The notes under the pieces are model-generated. The model worked only from the letters and a program-made list of their open reading frames with translations, ran no database searches and had not been told where the DNA came from. From the NCBI RefSeq assembly GCF_001598795.1, contig NZ_BCZP01000008.1:180001-212000 (forward strand): a stretch of 32,000 nucleotides of DNA. The letters run 5' to 3'. This document shows positions 1 to 8,162 of this stretch, piece by piece. Every line of letters begins with the position of its first letter. Within the stretch, counting starts at the first letter, position 1. Position numbers and translations under genes: made by a program. This DNA comes from Delftia acidovorans NBRC 14950 (GTDB lineage: Bacteria > Pseudomonadota > Gammaproteobacteria > Burkholderiales > Burkholderiaceae_C).

Positions 1-1161
1 GCCCTGCAGGAAGGGAACGGCCAGCGGAATCAGCGAGCCCAGCACCGCCGTCGAGGAGGCGAAGGCCGACACCACGGCGCCCACGAAGCACAGCAGCAAG
101 GCCGCCACCAGGGGCGAGGTCAGCTGCGCCACGCTGTGGCCTACGAAGTCGATGGTGCCCATCTTGTCCATCACGCCCACATAGGTGCTGACACCCACGA
201 TGAGCATGATCTCGGGCCAGGACACCTGGCCCAGCGCGCGCTTTTGCAGGTTGGGCGCCATCAGCGTCAGCACCAGGCCGATGGTGATGGAGACAAAGCC
301 GATGTCCTGCTTGAAGAACAGGGTGAGGACCGCGAGCGCCAGCAGGCCGACCACGGTGGCCACCTGGTAGCTGCGCGATTGCGGTGCGGCGTCCTGTTCA
401 GGGGCGGCGCGCATCAGCGAGTCGCTGGAGCGTGCAGCCGTGTTGCGCTCCTCGGACAGGGCCTCGCCTTCGGCGTCGCCATACACCTGGGCGCCGCCCT
501 GGGCATGCGAGACGCGCGGCGTGGCGGGCACGCTGCCATCGGCATCGGCCTTCATGCGCATCAGCCGGGCGCCGCCCATCAGGAAGAACAGCAGCACGGC
601 CACGGCCAGGTTGACCCCCATGCTGGCCAGCATGGTCGCCATCTCGTTGAGCGGCAGGCCCGCCTTGGCCACGATCTTGTTGGTGATGCCGCCGTAGATG
701 CTGATGGGCGAGAAGCCGCCGCCCTGCGCGCCATGGATCACCAGCAGACCCATCATCAGCGGATTGATGCCGTACTTGGCGGCAAAGCCCAGGGCAATGG
801 GCGCGATGATGGCCACGGCCGCAGGGCTGACGGCGCCCACCGCCGTCAGCAGGGCCGCAATGAAGAACATGATCCACGGTATGGCGGCAATGCGCCCGCG
901 CACGGCGCGCACCGCCATGCGGACCAGCCAGTCGATGGTTCCGTTGTTCTGCGCCAGCGCGAACAGGTAGGTGATGCCCGCCAGCGTCAGAAACAGGTCG
1001 GCGGGGAAACCGCCAATGATGGCCTTGGTCCCCATGCCGGCCACCAGGGTGCCGACCAGGAAGGCCCCGACAAAGGCCAGCAGGCCCATGTTGATGGGCA
1101 GTGCCGTCGCCAGGACGAACATGCCTATCAACGCGCCAATCGATATCCAATGGGAATTCAT
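1..1161 (-). CDS. Polytopic anion/dicarboxylate permease (ArsB/NhaD-DASS superfamily, MatC-like); the 3' end runs off the left edge of the window
   Basis: Absent from the ORF track because no stop codon lies in the window. My own minus-strand translation from ATG 1161..1159 (GGAG 7 nt upstream) gives MNSHWISIGALIGMFVLATALPINMGLLAFVGAFLVGTLVAGMGTKAIIGGFPADLFLTLAGITYLFALAQNNGTIDWLV... It stays open for all 387 codons down to position 1. Two strongly hydrophobic halves are separated by a hydrophilic loop (MKADADGSVPATPRVSHAQGG...). GC3 is high. The family call rests on recalled similarity only. Confidence 0.7.
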   Translation of the reverse strand, partial: MNSHWISIGALIGMFVLATALPINMGLLAFVGAFLVGTLVAGMGTKAIIGGFPADLFLTLAGITYLFALAQNNGTIDWLVRMAVRAVRGRIAAIPWIMFFIAALLTAVGAVSPAAVAIIAPIALGFAAKYGINPLMMGLLVIHGAQGGGFSPISIYGGITNKIVAKAGLPLNEMATMLASMGVNLAVAVLLFFLMGGARLMRMKADADGSVPATPRVSHAQGGAQVYGDAEGEALSEERNTAARSSDSLMRAAPEQDAAPQSRSYQVATVVGLLALAVLTLFFKQDIGFVSITIGLVLTLMAPNLQKRALGQVSWPEIMLIVGVSTYVGVMDKMGTIDFVGHSVAQLTSPLVAALLLCFVGAVVSAFASSTAVLGSLIPLAVPFLQG

Positions 1162-1197
1162 GCGATGTCTCCGGTTTTTTATGCGCCTGCAATACGT

Positions 1198-1215
1198 GTG
1201 CATGCTGGTATGCAC
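1198..1215. promoter_or_regulatory. Inverted repeat GTGCAT-N6-ATGCAC upstream of the permease gene; candidate LysR-type operator
   Basis: Read directly from the sequence: gtgcat gctggt atgcac. It sits 37-54 nt upstream of the permease ATG in a locally AT-richer spacer, immediately downstream of the LysR gene. Confidence 0.25.
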
Positions 1216-1328
1216 GGTACGCGGCGGCCCGGAGCGCATCAATAAAGCGCGAGCGCCAACAATTACGCAGAGAGAAACAATGAAGGGTTAACCCGGCGAA
1301 GCGGGGCTGTCGCCCCCGGCATGCCGGG

Positions 1329-2243
1329 TCAGCCGAGCTGCCCGTTCGCGAGGCGGCACACGCTGAGCAGGGCCAGCAGGTTGGGGTCGCGTTCGCGGGA
1401 GCGCAAAAAGGTCAGCACGATGGTCTGGCGCATCAGGTACCTGGCCTGCAGCGGTATCAGCTGCACCTTCTGCGGCATCACGCCGCGCACCCGCCCGGGC
1501 AGCAGCGTGTAGCCGACGCCGCCGCTGACCAGGTTCATCAGCGAGAAGATGTCATCCGTCTTCATCACCACGTTGGGCGTGAAGCCGGCCACCCGGAAGG
1601 ACTCCATGAAGCCGCCATAGGTCGCAAAGCCTTCGCCCAGGCTCACGAAGTTCTCGCGCGCCATGGCGCCCAGATCGACCTCGGCCAGATGCGCATAGGG
1701 CGAGCCCACGGGCGCGGCAAAGAAAATGTCGTCCTCGAACAGCAGCTGCGTCTGCATGTCGGCGGCGTTGTCCGGCATGGCCATCAGCGCCGCGTCCAGC
1801 GTTCCGTTGCGCAGCCGCTCCAGCAGGCCGGCGTTCGAGCCCAGCACCAGTTCGGTCTGCAGATCGGGGCGGCGCAGCTTCAGCGCCATCACCAGCGCCG
1901 GCACGGTGCGGTTGGTCAGGGAGTACAGCGAGCCGATGCGGATGCGGTCCGCCGAGTAGCCTGCCACCTCGCGCGTGGCGCGTATGCCCTCGGACATGGT
2001 GGCCAGCACTTCCCTGGCGACATCGGCCAGGGTCTGCGCGGCCTCGGTGGGCTTGAGGTTGCGCCCCTCGTGCCGGAACAGGGCGCAGCGCATGCCGGCC
2101 TCCAGCGCGTGCAGTGCGCGGTGCACGCTGACCGAGCTGGTCTCCAGCCGTTCCGCCGTCTTGGCGAGATTGCCTGTCTCCAGGAAGGCGAGCAGCACCT
2201 CCAGTCTGCGGAAGGTTATTTCGTCATCGATTCTCAGGCTCAT
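1329..2243 (-). CDS. LysR-family transcriptional regulator
   Basis: ORF-track protein of 304 aa. N-terminal winged HTH (FRRLEVLLAFLETGNLAKTAERLETSSVSVHRALHALE) followed by a LysR substrate-binding-type C-terminal domain. High GC3. Confidence 0.9.
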   Translation of the reverse strand: MSLRIDDEITFRRLEVLLAFLETGNLAKTAERLETSSVSVHRALHALEAGMRCALFRHEGRNLKPTEAAQTLADVAREVLATMSEGIRATREVAGYSADRIRIGSLYSLTNRTVPALVMALKLRRPDLQTELVLGSNAGLLERLRNGTLDAALMAMPDNAADMQTQLLFEDDIFFAAPVGSPYAHLAEVDLGAMARENFVSLGEGFATYGGFMESFRVAGFTPNVVMKTDDIFSLMNLVSGGVGYTLLPGRVRGVMPQKVQLIPLQARYLMRQTIVLTFLRSRERDPNLLALLSVCRLANGQLG

Positions 2244-2344
2244 GGCAACGTCACGCTCTCATCGTGGGGGACGGGCGGATTGTGGCGTTGATCGCGTTGC
2301 GTGCACAGACTCCGGTCTGTCCGGGGGGCGGGGCCCCGGGTGGC

Positions 2345-3499
2345 TCACGATGCGGATTGGCTGCGCTGGATGCTGCGGATGTCGAAGGCGCCGCCGGTCT
2401 GGGCCTGGTCGCTGGTGGTGACGGCCTGCTTGCCGAGCAGGGGGAAGACCAGCTCGGCAAAGCGGATGGATTCCTCCAGGTGCGGGTAGCCCGAAAGCAC
2501 GAAGCTGTCCGCACCCAGCGCGGCGTATTCGCGCAGGCGCTCGGCCACGGTGGCCGCGTCGCCGACCAGGGCCGTGCCCGCGCCGCCGCGCACCAGGCCC
2601 ACGCCTGCCCAGAGGTTGGGCGCCACCTCCAGCCGGTCGCGCCGCCCGCCGTGCAGCGCGGCCATGCGCGACTGGCCCACGGAGTCCATGCGCGCATAGC
2701 CGGCCTGGGCGCGGGCGATGTCCTCGTCGGTGAGCTTGCTGATCAGGCGCTCGGCATCGGCCCAGGCCTCCTCGTTGGTCTCGCGCACGATGACGTGCAG
2801 CCGCACGCCCAGGCGGACCTGGCGGCCCTGCTGCGCGGCGCGGCGGCGGATGTCGGCGAACTTTTCGGCCACGGCGGCGGGGGGCTCGCCCCAGGTGAGG
2901 TAGGCGTCCACCTGGCGCGCGGCCAGGTCGTGGGCGGCGTCCGAGGAGCCGCCGAAGTACAGTGGCGGATGTGGCTTTTGCACCGGGGGAAAGAAGTTGC
3001 GGCCCTGCTTGACCTTGAAGTATTTGCCGTCGAAGTCCACGGCCTCGCCGGCCAGCAGGCGGCGCCAGATGGTCAGGAATTCATCGGCGTAGGCATAGCG
3101 TTCGTCGTGGGCCAGGAAGATGCCGTCGGCCTCCAGCTCGGTGGCATCGCCCCCTGGCACCACGTTGAGCAGCAGGCGCCCGCCCAGGGCCTGGTCCAGC
3201 GTGGCGGCCTGGCGCGCGCTGGAGACGGGCGCGCCCAGCGAGGTGCGCAGGGCCACCAGCAGCTTGATGCGCTGCGTGACGGGCACCAGGCTGGAGGCGA
3301 CCACCCAGGGGTCCAGGCAGGAGCTGCCGGTGGGGATCAGCAGGCCGTCGTAGCCCAGCTCCTCGGCCGTGACGGCGATCTGGCGCATGTAGGCGTTGGT
3401 GGGTGCGCGGCCGAAGTCGGAGGTGCCGAGGTAGCGCGTGTCGCCCGAGGTGGGCAGGAACCAGAAGATGTCTGGCGATGGGTGGGGGTCTTGGCTCAT
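2345..3499 (-). CDS. ssuD: FMNH2-dependent alkanesulfonate/methanesulfonate monooxygenase (SsuD/MsuD family, LLM fold)
   Basis: Trimmed from the 731-aa read-through ORF to the internal ATG at 3499 ([25 protein letters not shown]...). Near-colinear with recalled E. coli SsuD ([81 protein letters not shown]). The ATG overlaps the upstream stop as ATGA. Neighbouring msuE/msuC-like genes make MsuD function equally possible. Confidence 0.92.
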   Translation of the reverse strand: MSQDPHPSPDIFWFLPTSGDTRYLGTSDFGRAPTNAYMRQIAVTAEELGYDGLLIPTGSSCLDPWVVASSLVPVTQRIKLLVALRTSLGAPVSSARQAATLDQALGGRLLLNVVPGGDATELEADGIFLAHDERYAYADEFLTIWRRLLAGEAVDFDGKYFKVKQGRNFFPPVQKPHPPLYFGGSSDAAHDLAARQVDAYLTWGEPPAAVAEKFADIRRRAAQQGRQVRLGVRLHVIVRETNEEAWADAERLISKLTDEDIARAQAGYARMDSVGQSRMAALHGGRRDRLEVAPNLWAGVGLVRGGAGTALVGDAATVAERLREYAALGADSFVLSGYPHLEESIRFAELVFPLLGKQAVTTSDQAQTGGAFDIRSIQRSQSAS

Positions 3500-4674
3500 G
3501 GGATCTCCGGGGACGATGGAAAGGACGGTGGCGCGGCCTCGCCCGGCACCTGGCCCAGGCGCTGCAGCCGCGCGCGCACCACGCTGCGGCTGATGCCCAG
3601 CTGGCGCGCGGTCTGCACCTGGTTGCCGCGGTTGCGCTGCCAGGCCTTGAGCAGCAGGGCGCCCAGCACGTGCTGCTCCAGGCCTTCGGCATGCACGTCG
3701 CACAGGCTGTCCAGCGCTTCGCCCAGGGCCAGTTCGGCGGCGGCGGCCTGGGCGCCGTGTTCGGCCTCGCGTGTGGGGACGGGATCGGGCTCGCCCTGGC
3801 TGCTGGCGATGTGCAGGTCGCCCGCGCCGATGTGCATGCCCTGGGTCAGCAGCAGGCTGCGGTGGATGACGTTCTCCAGCTCGCGGCTGTTGCCGGGCCA
3901 GTCGTGCTCCAGCAGCTTGCGCTGCGCGTCCTGGCTGAGTGCCATGGGCGCGTAGCGCATGCGCTGGCAGTAGCTCGCGATGAAGTGGCGCGCCAGCGGC
4001 AGGATGTCGGCCGGGCGCTGGCGCAGCGGCAGCACGGTGAGGGTGACGACATCGAGCAGGTAGTACAGGTCTTCGCGAAAGCGCCGCGCCGCCACCTTGG
4101 TGTGCAGCGGCGCGCTGCTGGCCGCGAGCACGCGCACGTTGGCCGGCGTGCGCTGGCTGGCGCCGATGCGGGTGACCGCCTTGTCCTGCAGCACGCGCAC
4201 CAGCTTGCTCTGGATGTGCAGGGGCAGGTCGTCGATCTCGTCCAGCAGCAGGGTGCCGCCGTGGGCGTCCTCGAAGCGGCCGGGCAGGTTGCCGAAGGCA
4301 CCCGTCAGCGCACCGCTTTCGTGGCCGAAGAGCTCGGCGTTGATCAGGGCCTCGGACAGCGCGCCGCAGTTGACGGCGACAAAGGGGCCGTGGCGGCGCG
4401 GGCTCAGGCGGTGGATGTGGCGGGCCACCATTTCCTTGTCGGCGCCGCTGTCGCCCAGGATGAGGACGCCGGCCTCGCTGGCGGCCACCTGTCCCATGGT
4501 CTTGAGCAGGGCCTGCGAGGCCGGGTCTTGCAGTATCCACGGCGCGGGCGCGGCGCCGTCATCGTGCGCGGCAGAGGCTGCGGGCGCAGGCACGGTTGCA
4601 GGTACGGGCGCAGGTACGGGCGCAGGTGTTGCCGAGGACTTGCCGGGCGGCCAGGTGGGCAGACGGGTGTTCAT
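3496..4674 (-). CDS. sfnR: Sigma54-dependent (bEBP, Fis-type HTH) transcriptional activator without an N-terminal sensory domain; SfnR-like
   Basis: 392-aa ORF. AAA+ sigma54-interaction domain with GDSGADKE at the Walker A position, [10 protein letters not shown] at the GAFTGA position, Walker [10 protein letters not shown] and [13 protein letters not shown]-terminal HTH is [24 protein letters not shown]. The genomic context (FMN reductase, ACAD-like gene, then this regulator) resembles the described sfnECR arrangement. Confidence 0.85.
   Translation of the reverse strand: MNTRLPTWPPGKSSATPAPVPAPVPATVPAPAASAAHDDGAAPAPWILQDPASQALLKTMGQVAASEAGVLILGDSGADKEMVARHIHRLSPRRHGPFVAVNCGALSEALINAELFGHESGALTGAFGNLPGRFEDAHGGTLLLDEIDDLPLHIQSKLVRVLQDKAVTRIGASQRTPANVRVLAASSAPLHTKVAARRFREDLYYLLDVVTLTVLPLRQRPADILPLARHFIASYCQRMRYAPMALSQDAQRKLLEHDWPGNSRELENVIHRSLLLTQGMHIGAGDLHIASSQGEPDPVPTREAEHGAQAAAAELALGEALDSLCDVHAEGLEQHVLGALLLKAWQRNRGNQVQTARQLGISRSVVRARLQRLGQVPGEAAPPSFPSSPEIP
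4582..4629. repeat. 12-bp tandem repeat x4 inside the 5' end of the sfnR-like gene, encoding [15 protein letters not shown]
   Basis: Read directly: gggcgcaggcac / ggttgcaggtac / gggcgcaggtac / gggcgcaggtgt. Confidence 0.85.
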
Positions 4675-4683
4675 GGCGCGGCG

Positions 4684-5865
4684 TCACGAGTAGAAGCTGG
4701 GCTGCGGATGGGTGCCGTTGAGCACCCAGTCGCCCAGCTCCTGCAGCTTGTAGTGCAGCGGGTCGTGCAGCGTCTGCGTGCGCAGGTTGCGCCAGAAGCG
4801 GTCAAAGCGCAGCGCCGCGTGCGTGGCGCGCGCGCCCGTGGCCTCGAAGATGCGGCTGGACAGGTCCAGCCCCGAGCGCGTGGTGGCAATCTTGGCGGCC
4901 GTCACGGCCACGGCGACTTCGCCGCGCTCGTGGGCGGTCAGCGCCGGGCCACGGCGCCAGGCGGCGTCAAAGCGCTGCGCGGCCTGCAGGGTCAGCAGGC
5001 GCGCGCCTTCCAGCGCGGCCCACAGCTCGCCATACAGCGCCTGGATGTGGGGGTCTGCGCCGGCCGCATCGGCAGGGGACTTGAACCAGGGCCGCGCCTC
5101 GTTCAGCGTGTAGCCGCGCGCCTGCTCCAGCGCGCCCTGGGCAATGCCCAGGAACAGATGGGCCAGGATGAGCTGGGCCAGCAGCGGGCGCAGCGCGGCA
5201 TGCGGCGTGGACAGCGGGCCGGGGTCCAGCAGCAGCTCGGCCGCCTCCACGCGCACGCGCTCGAACAGGGCCGAGCCGCTGTCGGTCTGGCGCTGGCCCA
5301 TGTTGTCCCAGTCGCGCAGCAAGGTGATGCCCGTGCGCTCCGTGGGCACCACGCCGATCAGCAGCTGCCCGCTGTCGGCATCGATGGCCGAGGCCACCAG
5401 CATCTGCGAGTCCAGCGCGCCCGAGGTAAAGCTTTTCTTGCCCGAGAACTCCCAGTGGCCGGGCTGGCGCGTGGCCGTGGTGCGGCGGTCCAGCGGATTC
5501 AGCGTATTGCCCCAGAACCAGCGGTGGCGTGCCGTCTGCAGCAGCCAGGGCCGCCACTGGGCGGGCTGGCCGAACAGTTGCACGGTGGCCAGGTGCAGGT
5601 GCTGGAAGCCGTAGACATGGGCCAGCGAGCCGTCTGCCGTGGCCAGGATGCGCACCGTCTCCAGCGTCTGCACCCAGTCCGCGCCCAGGCCGCCCAGCTC
5701 GCGCGGAATGCTCAGCGCCAGCAGGCCGCTGGCGCGCAGCGCATCGCGCTCGGCTTTGGGCGTGCCGCCTGCGGCATCGCGCCGGGCCGCCGTGGCGGCA
5801 AGGCGCTGCGCCAGATCCTGCGCAGTGGCTATCGGGTCCGCAGGGACGGCCTGTGCCTGGCTCAC
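4684..5865 (-). CDS. ACAD-fold flavin-dependent sulfur oxygenase (MsuC/SfnC/DszC-like)
   Basis: Trimmed from the 615-aa read-through ORF to GTG 5865, which overlaps the upstream stop as GTGA; there is no in-frame ATG near the conserved N-terminus. Acyl-CoA-dehydrogenase-like layout, with a C-terminal motif shared by the three SfnB-like paralogs (FWRNLRTQTLHDPLHYKLQELGDWVLNG). The start codon is less certain than the gene itself. Confidence 0.8.
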   Translation of the reverse strand: MSQAQAVPADPIATAQDLAQRLAATAARRDAAGGTPKAERDALRASGLLALSIPRELGGLGADWVQTLETVRILATADGSLAHVYGFQHLHLATVQLFGQPAQWRPWLLQTARHRWFWGNTLNPLDRRTTATRQPGHWEFSGKKSFTSGALDSQMLVASAIDADSGQLLIGVVPTERTGITLLRDWDNMGQRQTDSGSALFERVRVEAAELLLDPGPLSTPHAALRPLLAQLILAHLFLGIAQGALEQARGYTLNEARPWFKSPADAAGADPHIQALYGELWAALEGARLLTLQAAQRFDAAWRRGPALTAHERGEVAVAVTAAKIATTRSGLDLSSRIFEATGARATHAALRFDRFWRNLRTQTLHDPLHYKLQELGDWVLNGTHPQPSFYS

Positions 5866-6491
5866 GCGGGCTGCCCGGCCAGGGCCAGGTCGGCGGCTTC
5901 GGGAACAGGCGGCTGTGCCTCGGCCTGGATTTGGGCCTGCACCAGCTGCTGCAGCGCACCGCGCAGCACCGGGGCCGACAGCTGCACGGTCAGCTCGATG
6001 CGCTGGCGCAGCGATTCGCTGTGCACCTGGCCGTCCTGGATGTCCTCGGGCGTGGAGTACACGCCAATGGGCAGGGTGAGGGCCGAGAAAAAGCCGAACA
6101 GCGGGCGCAGCTGGTGGTCCAGGATGAGGGCGTGGCGCGGGCTGCCGCCGGTGGCGGCCAGCAGCACGGGCGTGCCCTGCAGCGCGTCCAGGTCGATGAG
6201 GTCGAACAGGTGCTTGAGCAGGCCCGGCAGGCTGGCGCGAAAGACCGGCGCGCCGACGATGAGGAAGTCGGCCTGCTCGATGGCTTCGATGGCCTGCAGC
6301 GTGGCCGGCGGCAGGTCGTTCTTGGACAGGGCCGCGCCCAGGTGGGGCTGCAGGTCCAGCAGGTCGATGACCTGTGCCTGCAGCGGCAGCTCCTGGCCCA
6401 GGCGGGCATGCAGGGCGTCCAGCAGGACACGGGTGCGGGAGGGGCGGCTCAGGCTGCCATTGACGATGACAGTCTTCAGCGATCGGCTCAT
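5862..6491 (-). CDS. NAD(P)H-dependent FMN reductase (SsuE/MsuE/SfnE family)
   Basis: Trimmed to ATG 6491 (GGAG 7 nt upstream): MSRSLKTVIVNGSLSRPSRTRVL... Typical FMN_red core (ADFLIVGAPVFRASLPGLLKHLFDLI) and a Gln/Ala-rich C-terminal tail. Confidence 0.85.
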   Translation of the reverse strand: MSRSLKTVIVNGSLSRPSRTRVLLDALHARLGQELPLQAQVIDLLDLQPHLGAALSKNDLPPATLQAIEAIEQADFLIVGAPVFRASLPGLLKHLFDLIDLDALQGTPVLLAATGGSPRHALILDHQLRPLFGFFSALTLPIGVYSTPEDIQDGQVHSESLRQRIELTVQLSAPVLRGALQQLVQAQIQAEAQPPVPEAADLALAGQPA

Positions 6492-6721
6492 GGAAACTCC
6501 TTGGCGTGGGTTCCAGGAGGCAGCGCGGCATGCGGTTTGCGAAGACTGCCAGCCCGGATGAGGTGGGATGGATGCCTTCATTACAGGGCCGAACGCCGGT
6601 ATGGCGAAAGAAACTTAACGCATTTGCTTATCGGTTTGGGTGCCTTGGCAAGTGCTTGTTTCTGAAAGGAATTTTGTGGCGCATGGCATGTGCTAATGCG
6701 TTCTGGCGATATGCGCACGGC

Positions 6722-6745
6722 CGCTGCGCCCTTCCCTGCGCAGCG
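6722..6745 (-). terminator. GC hairpin (8-bp stem, 8-nt loop) 18 nt after the sfnB3 stop; weak terminator or processing-site candidate
   Basis: CGCTGCGC ccttccct GCGCAGCG, read directly. No U-tract follows on the minus strand. Confidence 0.25.
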
Positions 6746-6762
6746 CGGCCGCGCAAGGGCCT

Positions 6763-8073
6763 TCAGCCCGCCACTGCCGCCACGCCCGCCACGCCCACGT
6801 GCCAGTAGTAGATGGGGTCGGCGCCGTTGAGCAGGATGTCGCCCGCCGAGCGGGCCTTGTACAGCACGGGGTTGTGCGAGGCCAGGGTGCGCGCATTACG
6901 CCAGTGGCGGTCCAGTGCCAGGTCTTCGGACAGGGCGCTGGAGCCGCCCACCTCGAACAGCCGCGCGGCCGCCTGCAGCACGGGATCGACCACGGCCACC
7001 TGGGCCTGGGCCGTGCGCAGCTCCAGGGCATGCAGTTGCTGCAGCGGCACCTCGCGCCCGGCCTCGCGCTCGCGCGCGATGCGGCCCAGTTCGGCGGCCA
7101 CGTCGGCCACGGCCAGGCCTGCGATGTAGGCCGTGCCGGCCAGCTGGCCGACGATGTGCTGCACCAGCGGATCGTCCTTGGGCAGGGTGGCGCTGCCGTG
7201 GCTGAACACGCGGCGGCGCGCCTGCACATAGGCGATGGCATCGCGCTGCAAGGCCCGGGCAATGCCGGCCAGGGTGGCCAGGTGGGCCAGCTGGAAATAG
7301 GCCACCAGGGGCGTGGGCTGGGCGCGCGGGAAGCGGATCACGGCGTCGTCGGGCACGCGCACCTGGCTGAGCACGGTGGTGCCCGAGCCGGTCAGGCGCT
7401 GGCCAAAGCCGCGCCAGTCATCGAAGCGCTGCACGCCGGCCTCCGAGGTGGGCACGACGGCGTGCACGGTCTGGTCTTCCTTGCCCGGCTCCACCGCGCG
7501 CGCCACCACGGTCACCCAGTCGGCATACAGCGTGCCCGTGCTGTAGAACTTGCGCCCGTCCAGCTGCCACCAGCCGGGCTGCGCATCGGGCACCAGGGTG
7601 GTCTGCAGCGTGCCCAGGGTGCCCGTGCCTACCTCGGTGGTGGCATTGCCGAACACGGCGCCGCGCGCGGCCAGCGGCAGCCAGCGGGCCTGGGTGGCGG
7701 CATCGCGGTCGATGAGCACGCGGTCCAGAAAGCCGAAGTGCGGGCGCAGGATCTGGGCGACGTTGGAGTCGGCCTCGGCCAGTTCGGTCCACAGCGCGAA
7801 CAGCTGCTCCACGCTGGCGCCGGCCCCGCCAAGGCGGCGCGGCACGCGCAGCGCAGTGAAGCCGCTGTCACGCAGCCAGGCGATGGGTTCATGGGCCAGG
7901 CTGCGCGTGCGTTCGCGCTCGGCCGCACCCTGGGCGATGCGGTCGAACACGGGGCGAAAACGCGCCTGCAGGGATGGCAGCGAGGGCGCGTCGGGATCGG
8001 CCGGGCCGTCTGTGGTTGGGCCGGGCGCCGCGTAGGCCGCAGGCTCGGTGGCGCAGGGGAGGGTGGTGGTCAT
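6763..8073 (-). CDS. ACAD-fold sulfur-acquisition oxidoreductase, SfnB-family-like (paralog 3, the most divergent)
   Basis: 436-aa ORF. ACAD-like layout (DDWRGFGQRLTGSGTTVLSQVRV; HWRNARTLASHNPVLYKARSAGDILLNG) paralleling the other three ACAD-like genes here. No obvious SD before ATG 8073. Confidence 0.85.
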   Translation of the reverse strand: MTTTLPCATEPAAYAAPGPTTDGPADPDAPSLPSLQARFRPVFDRIAQGAAERERTRSLAHEPIAWLRDSGFTALRVPRRLGGAGASVEQLFALWTELAEADSNVAQILRPHFGFLDRVLIDRDAATQARWLPLAARGAVFGNATTEVGTGTLGTLQTTLVPDAQPGWWQLDGRKFYSTGTLYADWVTVVARAVEPGKEDQTVHAVVPTSEAGVQRFDDWRGFGQRLTGSGTTVLSQVRVPDDAVIRFPRAQPTPLVAYFQLAHLATLAGIARALQRDAIAYVQARRRVFSHGSATLPKDDPLVQHIVGQLAGTAYIAGLAVADVAAELGRIAREREAGREVPLQQLHALELRTAQAQVAVVDPVLQAAARLFEVGGSSALSEDLALDRHWRNARTLASHNPVLYKARSAGDILLNGADPIYYWHVGVAGVAAVAG

Positions 8074-8162
8074 GGCTTTGCAAATTCAAAGGCCCGCCAA
8101 CCCGGCCTGCCTGCAAGGCAGGGCCGGGCCACGGGCCGGTGGCGGGAGGGTGGCGAAGGCCT

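Noticed and set aside
136-1245. 369-aa plus-strand ORF, plus other overlapping ORFs over 136..1291
   Set aside because: It is antisense to the permease gene, whose translation is a convincing polytopic membrane protein. The plus-strand product is His/Gln/Arg/Gly-rich with no motif.
2264-3955. 563-aa plus-strand ORF
   Set aside because: It is antisense to ssuD, which matches recalled SsuD almost colinearly. It has shadow-ORF composition.
6534-6552. TGGCAgtcttcGCA on the minus strand, just upstream of the FMN reductase gene
   Set aside because: The GG-to-GC spacing is 8 nt rather than the strict 10 nt of sigma54 promoters.
3403-6561. 1052-aa plus-strand ORF, the second-longest in the track
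   Set aside because: It lies entirely antisense to four well-supported minus-strand genes (ssuD 5' end, sfnR-like, msuC-like, FMN reductase). Its translation is an Ala/Gly/Arg/Gln/His-rich low-information sequence with no recognisable domain. This is the typical shadow ORF of about 70% GC DNA, where stop codons are rare.
8074-8100. GGGCCTttgaatTTGCA resembling -24/-12 elements before sfnB3
   Set aside because: The spacing is off by one, and the -12 element would sit only about 8 nt from the ATG, leaving no leader.
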